From Chlamydiales bacterium (GTDB lineage Bacteria; Chlamydiota; Chlamydiia; Chlamydiales; JAAZZY01), in NCBI GenBank assembly GCA_965206695.1, contig CBDBKM010000010.1:352001-416000 (forward strand): a stretch of 64,000 bases of DNA, given 5' to 3'. The notes beneath the pieces were generated by a model that had not been told where the DNA came from, ran no database searches, and was given only the letters and a program-made list of their open reading frames with translations. Below are positions 10,276 through 20,427 of the stretch, piece by piece. A program made the position numbers and the translations under genes. Position 1 is the first letter of the stretch; the number at the start of each line of letters is the position of its first letter.

Positions 10276-11160
10276 CTATTCGACATACTTTTTGAAGAAA
10301 ATCTTTTTATTTAAAAAATCTAGACAGACCATATAATGTTGTAGGAAATCAAAACCTAAAAAACCTTGTAGTTCTACTTCAGAAAGATCGTAATAAAGAA
10401 AGTCATGACTGCCTAATGATTCCCCATTTTTTAGTTTTAATTCTGCGGTTCCTCCATCCTCACAAAATGTCAAGGGTAATTTTGGTATACCTTTTTTATC
10501 TAATATTGACACATTAGATCCGGTATCTAATACAAGCCGTTTTAAACCAAGATGTTCAATAATAACAGAAAGAACAATACCTATACCTTTTTCTAGATTG
10601 AAATCACTTTCAATCCAAATACCCTTATCAAACTTTTCCGGATTTATGTTCTTATTGGGATAAGATGTCTCAACAATGCATTTTTCCTTTTTACGATCTA
10701 TAAAAAGAATTTTATTCAAAAATGGTTCCCTTCCTATTCTACCATAGGTCAATTCTCTTGGAATACTTTTTTCTGTTTCAGAATCACAACCTGCGGATTC
10801 AAAAAATGTGATATTTTTAAAAATAATATTATTTATTAATACTTCCGGGACCTTAAAAATTTTTTTGCTCTTTTTATCACCATATATTCCTCTAGAATTG
10901 TGTGCTCCTTCAGTTTCTTTCAGTTTGGCATTAGAAATACTTTTCGAGTCTAGACTTGAAAAAAAAGATCCCAGATCTAAGACAAGGCTAACTTCATGCC
11001 CATTAACCTTTGTTTTAACTAGCGGAGAGCCATAAAGTGTTTCAAATTGAAAACTGCTTTGTTCAGTAGGTTTTAATTGAGTTTTCCAAATGAAAAAAAT
11101 CACACCGGAAACGACAAAAAAAACAAAAAGTAACTTAGTAATACGCAGTTTTTTTAGCAT
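10276..11160 (-). CDS. Membrane-anchored retropepsin-like aspartyl protease with two domains (RiPP locus)
   Basis: N-terminal hydrophobic anchor; LVLDLGS and LVLDTGS catalytic motifs, each with a downstream GRIG/GFLG motif; start overlaps the rSAM stop by 7 nt. Confidence 0.85.
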   Translation of the reverse strand: MLKKLRITKLLFVFFVVSGVIFFIWKTQLKPTEQSSFQFETLYGSPLVKTKVNGHEVSLVLDLGSFFSSLDSKSISNAKLKETEGAHNSRGIYGDKKSKKIFKVPEVLINNIIFKNITFFESAGCDSETEKSIPRELTYGRIGREPFLNKILFIDRKKEKCIVETSYPNKNINPEKFDKGIWIESDFNLEKGIGIVLSVIIEHLGLKRLVLDTGSNVSILDKKGIPKLPLTFCEDGGTAELKLKNGESLGSHDFLYYDLSEVELQGFLGFDFLQHYMVCLDFLNKKIFFKKYVE

Positions 11161-13425
11161 GTTACTAATTCTTGGTGAAACAATGTTTTTTCGATTTTTG
11201 CAATAGCTATACCATTTTTGAGCAAATAATTTACCACATGTTTATAAAACATTTTTAGTCCTGAGCAATAAACAGAAGGGTTATTGAAGTCTTGTTTATA
11301 ACGTGTAAGTAGTCTGTTACCGTTACATATTTTTTTCCAACAACATGTATTACATTTATCCGGGAGGGTTTGTGAAGCAATAATGATTTCTTGCATTAAT
11401 CCGGTATTAAAAAAGTCAATCAAAGAAATATCATCAATATGGTAATTGTTCATTAGACCGGATATCCCGGACCTTAAGGTATCGTCCGGGGAAATCGAAC
11501 CATCTGAAGCTATAGTAATAGCTTGATTTTCATTAGGATTCGTTGGACCAAAACCCATCAGCTTAGTTCGATTACCAAGGAACAGGCTGATGGCAGAATT
11601 TAATATTCTAACCCTTATAGATGGATCGTCATCCTGCGCCCACGCATCCATTAGGTTACACAAGAAACGACCGTAGTCATCAGGGTTTTCACCTGAGAAA
11701 TTATTGTATGTATAGTCAGGTAGCAAAAAATCCATGTTTCTTACATTTAATTCATTTACAAAATGATTATATAGTTTAAAAGCATTGTATTTAGGATTAA
11801 CTACGGAAAGAACTCCAGGGACTAAACCTTTTCTTCCTGCCTTCTCTTTTCTAAGTTGTTCCAAACCTAAAATAACTTTATCATAAGAGCCTTTTCCTTT
11901 GAAATCCACTCTAAACCTATCATTAATTTCTCTCGGCCCATCAAGACTTATCCCGACATAGATGTCGTGTTTGTGAAAAAGATCTACCCACTCATCATCA
12001 ATGAGTGTTGCATTTGTTTGGATAGCTATACGAAAATCTGTAATATGAGCGAAAGACTCTTTAAAATACTGACACATAAAATCAAAATCTTTCTTCTTTT
12101 GGAGGAGAGGTTCACCTCCATGAAGATCTATACTCATCACGAATAAACCTCCGGATATTTTGTATTCGTATAGTGTAAATTATTTTGTATGAATTCATTT
12201 TTAACACTATCAGAAGAAAAGCATCTCAGACAGCAACATAAACGAGAAAAGAATGGTCGTATACGAGATCGTATCAAGGCTGTTCTATTGTCGAATAAAG
12301 GTTGGAGTAATACTCGTATTGCTGAAGCTGTGCTTTTAGACGATGAAACAGTGTCTCGTCACATTAAAGAATATCAAAATAAACAGCAATTGCATGTAGA
12401 AAGCGGTGGTTCAGTCAGTAAACTTCTTGCGCCACAGTCAGAAGAATTCATTAAACATTTAACAACTCATACCTATGTCAAAGTAGAAGATATCTGTTCT
12501 TATGTTCTCGCGAAATATGGCATTGTTTATACGATTTCAGGGATGACTTCTTGGCTACACTCACATGGTTTTTCCTATAAAAAGCCTAAAGGTACACCGG
12601 CTAAGGCAAATTCTGATCAACAAAAAGCTTGGATGCAATTTTACACCAAGCTTATGGCATCTCTGCCTAAAAATGAACCTGTTGAATTTGCTGATGGTGT
12701 GCATCCAACTATGGCAACTAAAATTTCTTATGGTTGGATTCGACCGGGAACAAGTAAATTAATCGCAACAACAGCTTCTAGAACTCGAATGAATCTTATG
12801 GGGTCTATCAATTTAAACAGTATGAAGGTAACAATAGATGCTTATGAAACATTAAATAGCGGTACCATGGCAAAACATTTTGCTTTATTACGGTCAAAAT
12901 ATCCCTCAGCTCCAAATATCCATCTTATTTTAGATCAAGGTCCTTATAATACAAGTATTCAGACCAAACAAGAAGCAGAAAAACAAGGTATTATTCTCTA
13001 TTATTTACCTTCTTACAGTCCTAACCTCAATCCTATTGAACGATTATGGAAAGTGATGAATGAATATTGTCGCAATAATCGGTTTTTTAATTCTGCTAAA
13101 GAATTTCGGAGATCGATTACCGGATTTTTTGAAAATACTTGGCCCTCTATTGCTCAATCAATGAGGAAACGAATCAATGATCATTTTCAAGTCTTAGAAT
13201 CGGCACTTTGATTCATAAGGGGTATATCTGAAGATTTTTAATCCCCAAAGAAGACACGCCGTTAATCAAGAATAGTGTTAGACGTTTAATTGTATCTCTT
13301 TTTATAATAGAAGGATGCTTTTGGTAGCTTTTATCCTCACCTTGAAAAAAATAACAATACGAACAGTTTAGATTACACCTTTCAGCTGTTTTTAAGATAA
13401 CTTCTAAATTATTGATTTTTTTCAT
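11154..13425 (-). pseudogene. Radical SAM/SPASM peptide maturase, XyeB-like cyclophane synthase, interrupted by IS630
   Basis: LEVILKTAERCNLNCSYC (CxxxCxxC) in 13225-13425; DLHGGEPLL, QTNATLIDDEW, ISLDGP, DFLLPD, DDTLRS and CNTCCWKKIC..VYC in 11154-12128. Removing the IS and one TA gives a continuous 391-aa ORF. Confidence 0.92.
12131..13224 (+). mobile_element. IS630 family element, lineage D (1094 bp, single 340-aa transposase), copy 1
   Basis: ORF 12189-13211; imperfect IRs tactcatcacgaat / attcataaggggta; TA duplicated at 12129-12130 and 13225-13226. Confidence 0.95.
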
Positions 13426-13469
13426 AAAGCGTTAATAACCTTGTTAACTGTCGTTAAAAATAATTTTGA

Positions 13470-13655
13470 TTAAAACACTTTATCCCATATATTATTAGAC
13501 CAAGCATTATTAGACCAAGTAGGATCATCTTCATCCTCCTCGTTTAAAACCATTTGTACTAATTTCGAAATCTTTATATCAGACGTACTATTATTTTTAA
13601 CGTCTTCTTTGAAAAGATTTCTGAATTCAACATTATTCGAATCATGTATTTTCAT
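13470..13655 (-). CDS. RiPP precursor peptide (61 aa) with three W-x-N/K motifs
   Basis: AGGAG RBS 9 nt upstream of the ATG; acidic leader; core PTWSNNAWSNNIWDKVF; ends 44 nt upstream of the rSAM gene. Confidence 0.88.
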   Translation of the reverse strand: MKIHDSNNVEFRNLFKEDVKNNSTSDIKISKLVQMVLNEEDEDDPTWSNNAWSNNIWDKVF

Positions 13656-13768
13656 AAAAATTTTCTCCTATGTCTAAAAACGAACCAGCATATATTGAGA
13701 GCGCGTAAATAGTCAAATAATATTTTAATTTTTTATGATCTTGCGACACTTTAATGCACACTTAGAAT

Positions 13769-13895
13769 GCCTTTTCAACTATGAAGTGCAACAAATAGGC
13801 CCCTCATTATACCTCAAATTTCTTTGATTGAAAACCTCTATAGGTGTTTTAAAATTCAAACTTTTTCTTGGTCTATTATTTAATGCATTTTCTAT
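13769..13895 (-). mobile_element. IS30 family 3'-end remnant
   Basis: gccttttcaactatgaagtgcaacaaa and the following ~100 nt match 53308-53420. Confidence 0.8.
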
Positions 13896-14793
13896 TAGAC
13901 TTCTTTCGAAATGCATCATATGAGTTCTAAATTATAAATTCCCGCAATAAGATTGAACCGCAATGCAAACCTTTTTCGTCTATTTCGATAACGATCGGAA
14001 ATGATTTTAAAGCGTTTGATCACTCCTGTCACATTTTCATTCAAAACACGTTCCCTTGATAAATGTCTATTATTTTTCTTATCTTCTTTAGTTAGAGGCT
14101 TCTTCTTACTTTTCTTTTTTGGCATATTGGTATTAGCATGAAGCTTTTTTAATCCTTGATATCCCGTATCCGTTAATACGCTTATTCCCGGATGAATTTT
14201 TATTTTTGATTCCTTAAACAGTCTAAAGTCATGTCTCCTACCATTAGAAAATGCAGTACAAATAATCTGTCGTGTTTTTTTATCTACTATAACCTGAGTC
14301 TTTAAGGTATGCTTTTTCTTTTTCCCCGAGTAGAATTTTTTTTGGGCCTTTCAACGGCTGTTTCCGTGGCATCTATTAAAATAAGCTCATATACCGAATC
14401 GTTTTTTAAAAGTGCTTTACGACCGGGTAAAGCAAAATTAGGGTGCTTAATTAAGTGTACCTTCAACCCACTTTATACTTTTATAAGCACTGCTTTCACT
14501 TATACCGGAACTTTGACTGATATGAAAATAGGTCCTATATTCTCTCATATACTCTAAAGTCATTAATAATGTATCTTCTAAACTTAGTTTCTTTTTTCTT
14601 CCGGTAAGAGTTCTTCCGGTTTTAATTGATGTGTTTAATATGAATATCATTCTATCGAATGTTGATTTTTTTATACCCGTTAAACGACGAAACTTTTCAT
14701 CTTTCAAAGCTCGAATTTTTTCAAATTTCATGATACAAACCTACTTTTAAAATAGGATACTATAATCAAAAATTTAATTTCGAAAGAAGTCTA
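13896..14793 (-). mobile_element. IS5 family (ISL2-like) element with frameshifted transposase
   Basis: Perfect IRs tagacttctttcgaaat / atttcgaaagaagtcta; FRRLTG, LEYMREYRTY, IDATE, YSGKKKKHTLK, DTGYQG and YRNRRKRF across three frames. Confidence 0.9.
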
Positions 14794-15058
14794 TTATACT
14801 CATGGTAAACGTTTACTGACCGATAAGGGTTTCTCATCATCAGATAACCGCTCTCATTTAAGAAAGCACAGTATTCGAGACAATCTTTCTCATCAAGCGG
14901 TTAGGGGTCATCCTTTAAAATGCAGTTAACATTTATTTAATAAAATGATTGCGAGAAGACAATTTCGTATAGAGCAAGCTTTCGGTACTTTTAAAAAGAA
15001 AATTTTATATGGGTAGAGCTTCTTATTTTTCTCGATTAAAAATCGAAAGACAACTTTA
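14794..15058 (+). pseudogene. IS5-family transposase internal remnant
   Basis: Translates as LLTDKGFSS..NR..L...NKMIARRQFRIEQAFGTFK with stops. Confidence 0.6.
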
Positions 15059-15060
15059 TA

Positions 15061-15985
15061 TAGTGAATAAACTTTAATTTTTCTTTTATATATGTTATTT
15101 TTTTGACATGGCATATTCAAGTGATTTAAGACAAAAGGCTTTAGCCTATATAGAAGGAGGAGGCTCTCAGGTAGAGGCCGGGCGTATTTTTGGTGTAACA
15201 ACACGTACTTTATTGAATTGGATAAATAGAAAAAAAGCAGGTCGTTTAGCTGCCGCGACAACAAGAAAACGCAAACCTTATAAAATTGACGGAGATAAAC
15301 TGAATCATTATATTGAAAAGCATCCTGACAGCTATTTGAGAGAAATAGCTGCTGTTTTCAGTGTATCCGTTAACGCCATATGCAAAGCATGTAAGCGCTT
15401 AAAGATCACTTTAAAAAAAAGACGCCCTTCTACAGGGAACGGGATGAGAAAAAAAGAGAGGTGTTTCAAAAAGAGTTAAAGCACATCCCTCCTGAAAATA
15501 GAGTCTATATTGATGAAAGCGGTATCAATGAATATCTCGATCGTCAACATGGCAGAGCTTTGAAGGGAAAATTGATTTATGGAGCCGTATCAGGTCATCG
15601 TTATCAGAGGGAAAGCTTTATAGCAGCAAAAAATGAATCACGTATTTTTGCTCCCTTTTGTTATACCGGTACTTGCAATACGCTATTATTCAATACATGG
15701 CTTGAGCAGGTACTTATTCCTGAATTGAAGCCCGGGCAGGTTGTTATTATGGATAATGTAAGTTTTCACAAGTCTAAGGAAACCATAGACATTATCCAAA
15801 GCAAAGGGTGCCGTATTTTATTTCTGCCTCCTTATTCTCCTGATCTAAATCCAATTGAGCAATTTTGGGCAAATTTTAAAAGAAAAATAAAAGAAACTCT
15901 TAAGCTCTATTCAGGGTTAGCAGAAGCTATCGATAGTGCTTTTGTTGAGGTGTGTAATATATGAAATATTAAAGTTTATTCACTA
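15061..15985 (+). mobile_element. IS630 family element, lineage B (925 bp), apparently intact
   Basis: Perfect 18-bp IR tagtgaataaactttaat, TA flanks; orfA 15108-15479 and orfB 15461-15964 joined at a TTTAAAAAAAAG slippery site. Confidence 0.95.
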
Positions 15986-16140
15986 TATGAAAGCCTTGTG
16001 CTTGAATTTGAACAAGGCCTTAAGAAGGATTGTGATGAACTAGAAGGAGGGCACACCATTATCTATCAAATATCTATTTTAAACTTCTTTTATATTTTGC
16101 TTATCTCACATCCAATCATTAGTCGTTCAGAAGTCTTTTT

Positions 16141-16642
16141 ATGAAAGATTTAGACAATATTCCCTTTGACAAGAGGATTTATCTCGATGAAACCGGGATT
16201 CATCAATTTTTATTTCGTGAGCCCGGAAGACGCTTATGCGGTAAAAAAGTTTTTGGAGTGGTTTCAGGAAACCGTTTTGTAAGGTAAAATATTATTTCAG
16301 CTCTGTTTAAAGGGCAGTTTTTGCCTCCAATGTGTACTTGTAATACCGGGTTATTCAATATTTGGCTTAAGGAGGTTTTGACTCCTCAGCTTACATTCGG
16401 TAGTGTTCTTATTCTTGACAATGCCGGCTTTCACAAGTCAGCGGAAAGCAGGAAAATAGTAGAATCCGCCGGTTGTAAGCTTATGTTTCTTCCGCCCTAT
16501 TCTCCGGACTTAAATCCTATAGAAAAATATTGGGCTAATATGAGAAATAAAGTTAGAGAGATATTACGAAAAGTTACGAATTTTAAATTCGTTATTGATC
16601 AAGCTGTTTTATCAATGTAAAATTAAACGAGAAATGGCTATA
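16141..16642 (+). mobile_element. Degenerate 3' half of IS630 lineage A
   Basis: Similar to 9459-9960 with an internal stop and a small deletion. Confidence 0.85.
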
Positions 16643-16677
16643 ATGTTTTTGGTAGAGAAGTGGTTTAGCCGGAAAGT

Positions 16678-17946
16678 TTACACCTCTAAATAAATATTTC
16701 GTTTTTTCCATTGTCTCATTTTATAGCTGGCAATAAGACAAAGCCCTACACTAAGGCCTAATACCGCTACAGGTCCAATGAATATCCCTATTAACGCTCC
16801 TATAAGAGGAACGATACATCCTCTAACCCCAATCATTAAAACACTGACACTACTAAAAGCAGAGCTATCTTTATCTTTAGAAAAAATTGGAGCCGATAAA
16901 TTCCAACTTAAACGGCTACCTGCTTGAGCTATCCCATAAATAAAATAAGATAAATAAATCCAAATAATCCCCCCATTTATCGCAAAAATATGCATCAATG
17001 GATGGAGGGCAAAGAAAAAACAAACAAGGCTTATAAAGTGATAGATATGTATCTGATGTAACAGGCGACCCCATAATGAAGAGGATCCTATAAAGCCAAT
17101 TCCTTTACTCACTAAAATAGCAATGGCTATCTCAGTATAAGAGAGATTAAGAGTATCCACGTAAAAAAAAGGGAGAATAGGCGCGAGCAACATAATTCCC
17201 GATCCCCCCATCATAAATCCCATTAAAAAACGAGCAAAGTCCTTGCGTTCACGCATCAAATAAAAAGCATTTTTCCAAGGATCGACAATACGAGATTTTA
17301 AAGATTTTTTTCTCTCTTTTCTAATAATAGGCATTAAACCCATATCAATAGGAATACGCGCTTGCCAAGCGACAGCACAAAGGCCAACACCGGCAGCTAT
17401 CGGAAAGATCCATCGCCAGCTCATCTCGTTATAATCCATCATTGGCCCGAAACCAAGACCTAACAGAATCCCTTCTATATAAGCTAAAGAAAGAGCAAGG
17501 GAATAAATTTTCCCTCTTTGAAGATTTGGTAAATTGAGCTTTAATATCTCTACCCATGCCGGAATTTCCGCTCGCTGAAATAATACATAGATAGCAAAAC
17601 AGGCAATCATGACCCAAGCATTATTAATCCAAGGGAAGAAGAGGAAAGGAGCTCGGGATAAGAAACCGGCTAGAGTAACATTTTGTATCAGCCTATCTTT
17701 TCTGGAATTTAAGGTAGCTCCCCAATAAAAAGCTAAGAGCGCAACAGCCGGCTTTAGCATCGTAAAGACGGTGACTTGAAAAGCAGAAGCATGCAAGCTT
17801 TTATAGAGGATAACACTCGCTAAAGCCCTGAACATCGCTTCTAAAGGCTCACTTAATATTCCATGGCCAATTACTGTAGCACGGGTAATATCATAGTAAA
17901 TATCTCTGGTTCGTATATTCACTTTTCGCAAAACATCCGGTAACAT
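16678..17946 (-). CDS. MFS transporter
   Basis: 422 aa, two bundles of hydrophobic helices separated by a charged loop. Confidence 0.75.
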   Translation of the reverse strand: MLPDVLRKVNIRTRDIYYDITRATVIGHGILSEPLEAMFRALASVILYKSLHASAFQVTVFTMLKPAVALLAFYWGATLNSRKDRLIQNVTLAGFLSRAPFLFFPWINNAWVMIACFAIYVLFQRAEIPAWVEILKLNLPNLQRGKIYSLALSLAYIEGILLGLGFGPMMDYNEMSWRWIFPIAAGVGLCAVAWQARIPIDMGLMPIIRKERKKSLKSRIVDPWKNAFYLMRERKDFARFLMGFMMGGSGIMLLAPILPFFYVDTLNLSYTEIAIAILVSKGIGFIGSSSLWGRLLHQIHIYHFISLVCFFFALHPLMHIFAINGGIIWIYLSYFIYGIAQAGSRLSWNLSAPIFSKDKDSSAFSSVSVLMIGVRGCIVPLIGALIGIFIGPVAVLGLSVGLCLIASYKMRQWKKRNIYLEV

Positions 17947-18016
17947 AAGAAAAGATCCCTAAAAAATACTTGATTTCTCTATTAGAAGTACACTATGATG
18001 TTAGCCTTTCAATCAT

Positions 18017-18090
18017 GGGGCAATAGCTCAGTTGGTTAGAGCAACGGACTCATAACCCGTCGGTCGCAGGTTCAAGTCCTGTTTGCCCCA
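18017..18090 (+). tRNA. tRNA with CAT anticodon (Ile2-like; elongator Met not excluded)
   Basis: Acceptor ggggcaa/ttgcccc, D arm AGCTCAGTTGGTTAGAGC, anticodon loop ctCATaa, T loop GTTCAAGTC; CCA not encoded. Confidence 0.9.
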
Positions 18091-18279
18091 TTTTCTTAAC
18101 TCGTTCAGAGTCAGTCGTTTCGTTTTGACATAATTCTCTTCGCATAACAACAAAGAGCATTATGTCAGAACTTTTGTCAGGATTCCACCTCTTTCGCGCT
18201 GTTCTGAGTTTCGAGCAAGATAATCCATCACGGTTTAAGCTGCTCCTGCCTAAAAACAGGAGGGTGGAAGAGACGGATA

Positions 18280-19204
18280 TAGTAATTTAACTTTACTTTT
18301 TCTCTAAAAATTTCTATTATATTTTCATGACTTATTCAAATGATTTAAGAAAAAAAGCATTAGACTATGTTGAAGAAACCGGCTCTAAGATAGAAGCAAG
18401 CCATATTTTTGGTATCACTGTCCGTACACTATTTAATTGGATTAAAAGAAAAAAACAAGGATGTTTAGCACCTAATCGAAGCAGGAATAAGCGTCCTCAT
18501 AAAATTAAAGAAGAACAACTAAAAGCTTATATTCAACAATATCCTGATGCTTATTTAAGAGAAATTGCAGAGTTATTTAAAACAAGTATAACAGCTGTTT
18601 TTTATGCCTGTAAACGATACAGGATTACTTTAAAAAAAAGACACCCTTCTATAAGGAAAGAAATGAGGAGAAACGACAAATATTTATAAATAAGCTGCAG
18701 GAGATTCCTAAAAAGGATCGTGTCTACATAGATGAAAGCGGAATAAATGAATATCTTTACCGTGATAAGGCAAGGGCTGTAAAGGGAGAACAAATATATG
18801 GAGCCGTATCCGGCAGTCGATATCACAGGGAAAATTTTATAGCGGCACAAAATAGATCAAATATTTTAGCTCCATTTTGTTATACGGGAACTTGCAATTC
18901 TGACTTATTTAATATGTGGTTGGAAAAAATATTACTACCGTTACTAAAACCCGGACAAGTTATTATTCTAGACAACGCTAGTTTTCATAAATCAAAGAAA
19001 AGTTGTGAAATTATTCAGAAATACGGATGTAAGATGCTGTTTTTACCTCCGTATTCACCTGACTTAAATCCTATCGAAAATTTTTGGGCCAATTTTAAAA
19101 AAAGAGTAAAAGAAAGCATCAGCAAATTTGCCAACCCGGCAGAAGCAATTAATCAATCTTTTATAGAGGTCTCTATATAATGAAAATTTAAAATTAAATT
19201 ACTA
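18280..19204 (+). mobile_element. IS630 family element, lineage C (925 bp)
   Basis: IRs tagtaatttaa / ttaaattacta, TA flanks; orfA 18327-18689, TTTAAAAAAAAG slippery site, orfB ending 19180 with LDNA..LPPYSPDLNPIE. Confidence 0.93.
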
Positions 19205-19283
19205 TATGAAGCAAATATGAATTCCTTTTTTATCAAAAATGTGTTACGATGTTTCCTTTTTAACCTCGATAGGATAATAAAAT

Positions 19284-20425
19284 ATGTTCAGACCCACCAT
19301 GATCTCATGCCTAAGATTTGCAAGGCCTTCCCACCCTCAATTTCCACCTTTTAGAAGCACGCACATGCCTTTTCCGGGCAGTCCAATACCCCCCGTTGCG
19401 CAACCTCCCTTTAAGTTGCACACAATTTTAGCTTTTAATCAAACTGCATCCCCTAATCCCGGAGGTGATTACAGTGAAAAAAGCAGGAAAAATCGGATTA
19501 CTTCTATATCCTCGGTGGAGCTATGTTGACTTCCTTTGCACATGCTAATGGAGGGAACACCTCTTCCCACACTCCCACTCCTAACAGTTCTACGGCTGCC
19601 ACTGTTGATATTATCGAAACGTACTTTAATAATTTTGAATCCTTAACCAAATCGGAAAACCGGAAAGAAATTATTTCTCAAGGCACAGCCGCTTTGGAAG
19701 CTACTAAAAAAGCCTGCAGACCACATGATGAAGCAAAAATTTGCGCGCAACTTACTTCAACAGCTTTTTATATGGCTGACTACACACAAGCTCTTGTGTA
19801 TGCTAATCGCTGCCACGAGTTGTCCGAAGAGTTTCTAGACCCCTCTCTCCTCATCCGGGCTCTTTACTTGGAATCTGCAGTTCACCGTACTCTTGCTTCT
19901 AAAAACAGCGAAGAGCATATCCAACAGGCATCCTATCTTCGTGCCGTCGAAATTGCCGAGGAAGCGGCTCTCATTTATTCTAATAGAAACGTTGCTAACA
20001 TGCACTTAAAAGGAAAAGTATACTTTAATTTGGGAGTCGCACACGCAGATAACCCAAAAGATACTCTAGAAAAGGCTGCTGATTGTTACTTTACAGCTCT
20101 TGAATGCTTTAAAAGCGTGAAAGCAACCAAAGACATCTGTCGCACGAGCATCCGACTAGGCAAAGTCTACCTGCTCCAAAAAAAATATGACCTTACACAA
20201 AGAATCATCGATGAGGTTCGTCTTCAAATAAAAAGTGAGCGGATTGCGGTACATGCCGATTACTTGGAAACGCAGCTTAAATTAGCAATAAATGACCCGG
20301 AGAATGCAAGAAAAATCACTCAAAATGGATTGGTTCATGCAAAATCCATCGGAGCAAAAGAAGATGAATCGCGTCCGGTATCTCTATTGGAAGCAATCGA
20401 AAACTTTTTAGTTAACAGGAGTTAG
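19284..20425 (+). CDS. TPR-like helical repeat protein, probably one gene split by a 1-nt frameshift (ORFs 19284-19529 and 19523-20425)
   Basis: TPR-like segments (YTQALVYANRC, YFNLGVAH..AADCYFTAL, RLGKVYLLQKKY). The downstream frame is open back to the A6 run at 19477-19482. Confidence 0.6.
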
Positions 20426-20427
20426 CA

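Noticed and set aside
13213..13425. 70-aa ORF as a stand-alone small protein or second precursor
   Set aside because: It is the N-terminal fragment of the rSAM gene; its last three residues come from the IS end.
11154..13425. Anaerobic sulfatase maturase or darobactin DarE assignment
   Set aside because: No sulfatase is nearby, the first SPASM Cys cluster is missing, and the motifs and adjacent W-x-N precursor fit XyeB-type enzymes better. An HMM search is still needed to confirm.
19476..19483. AAAAAAG as a programmed -1 frameshift
   Set aside because: The upstream frame reads GAA AAA AGC, not A AAA AAG, so a 1-nt deletion or a sequencing error is more likely.
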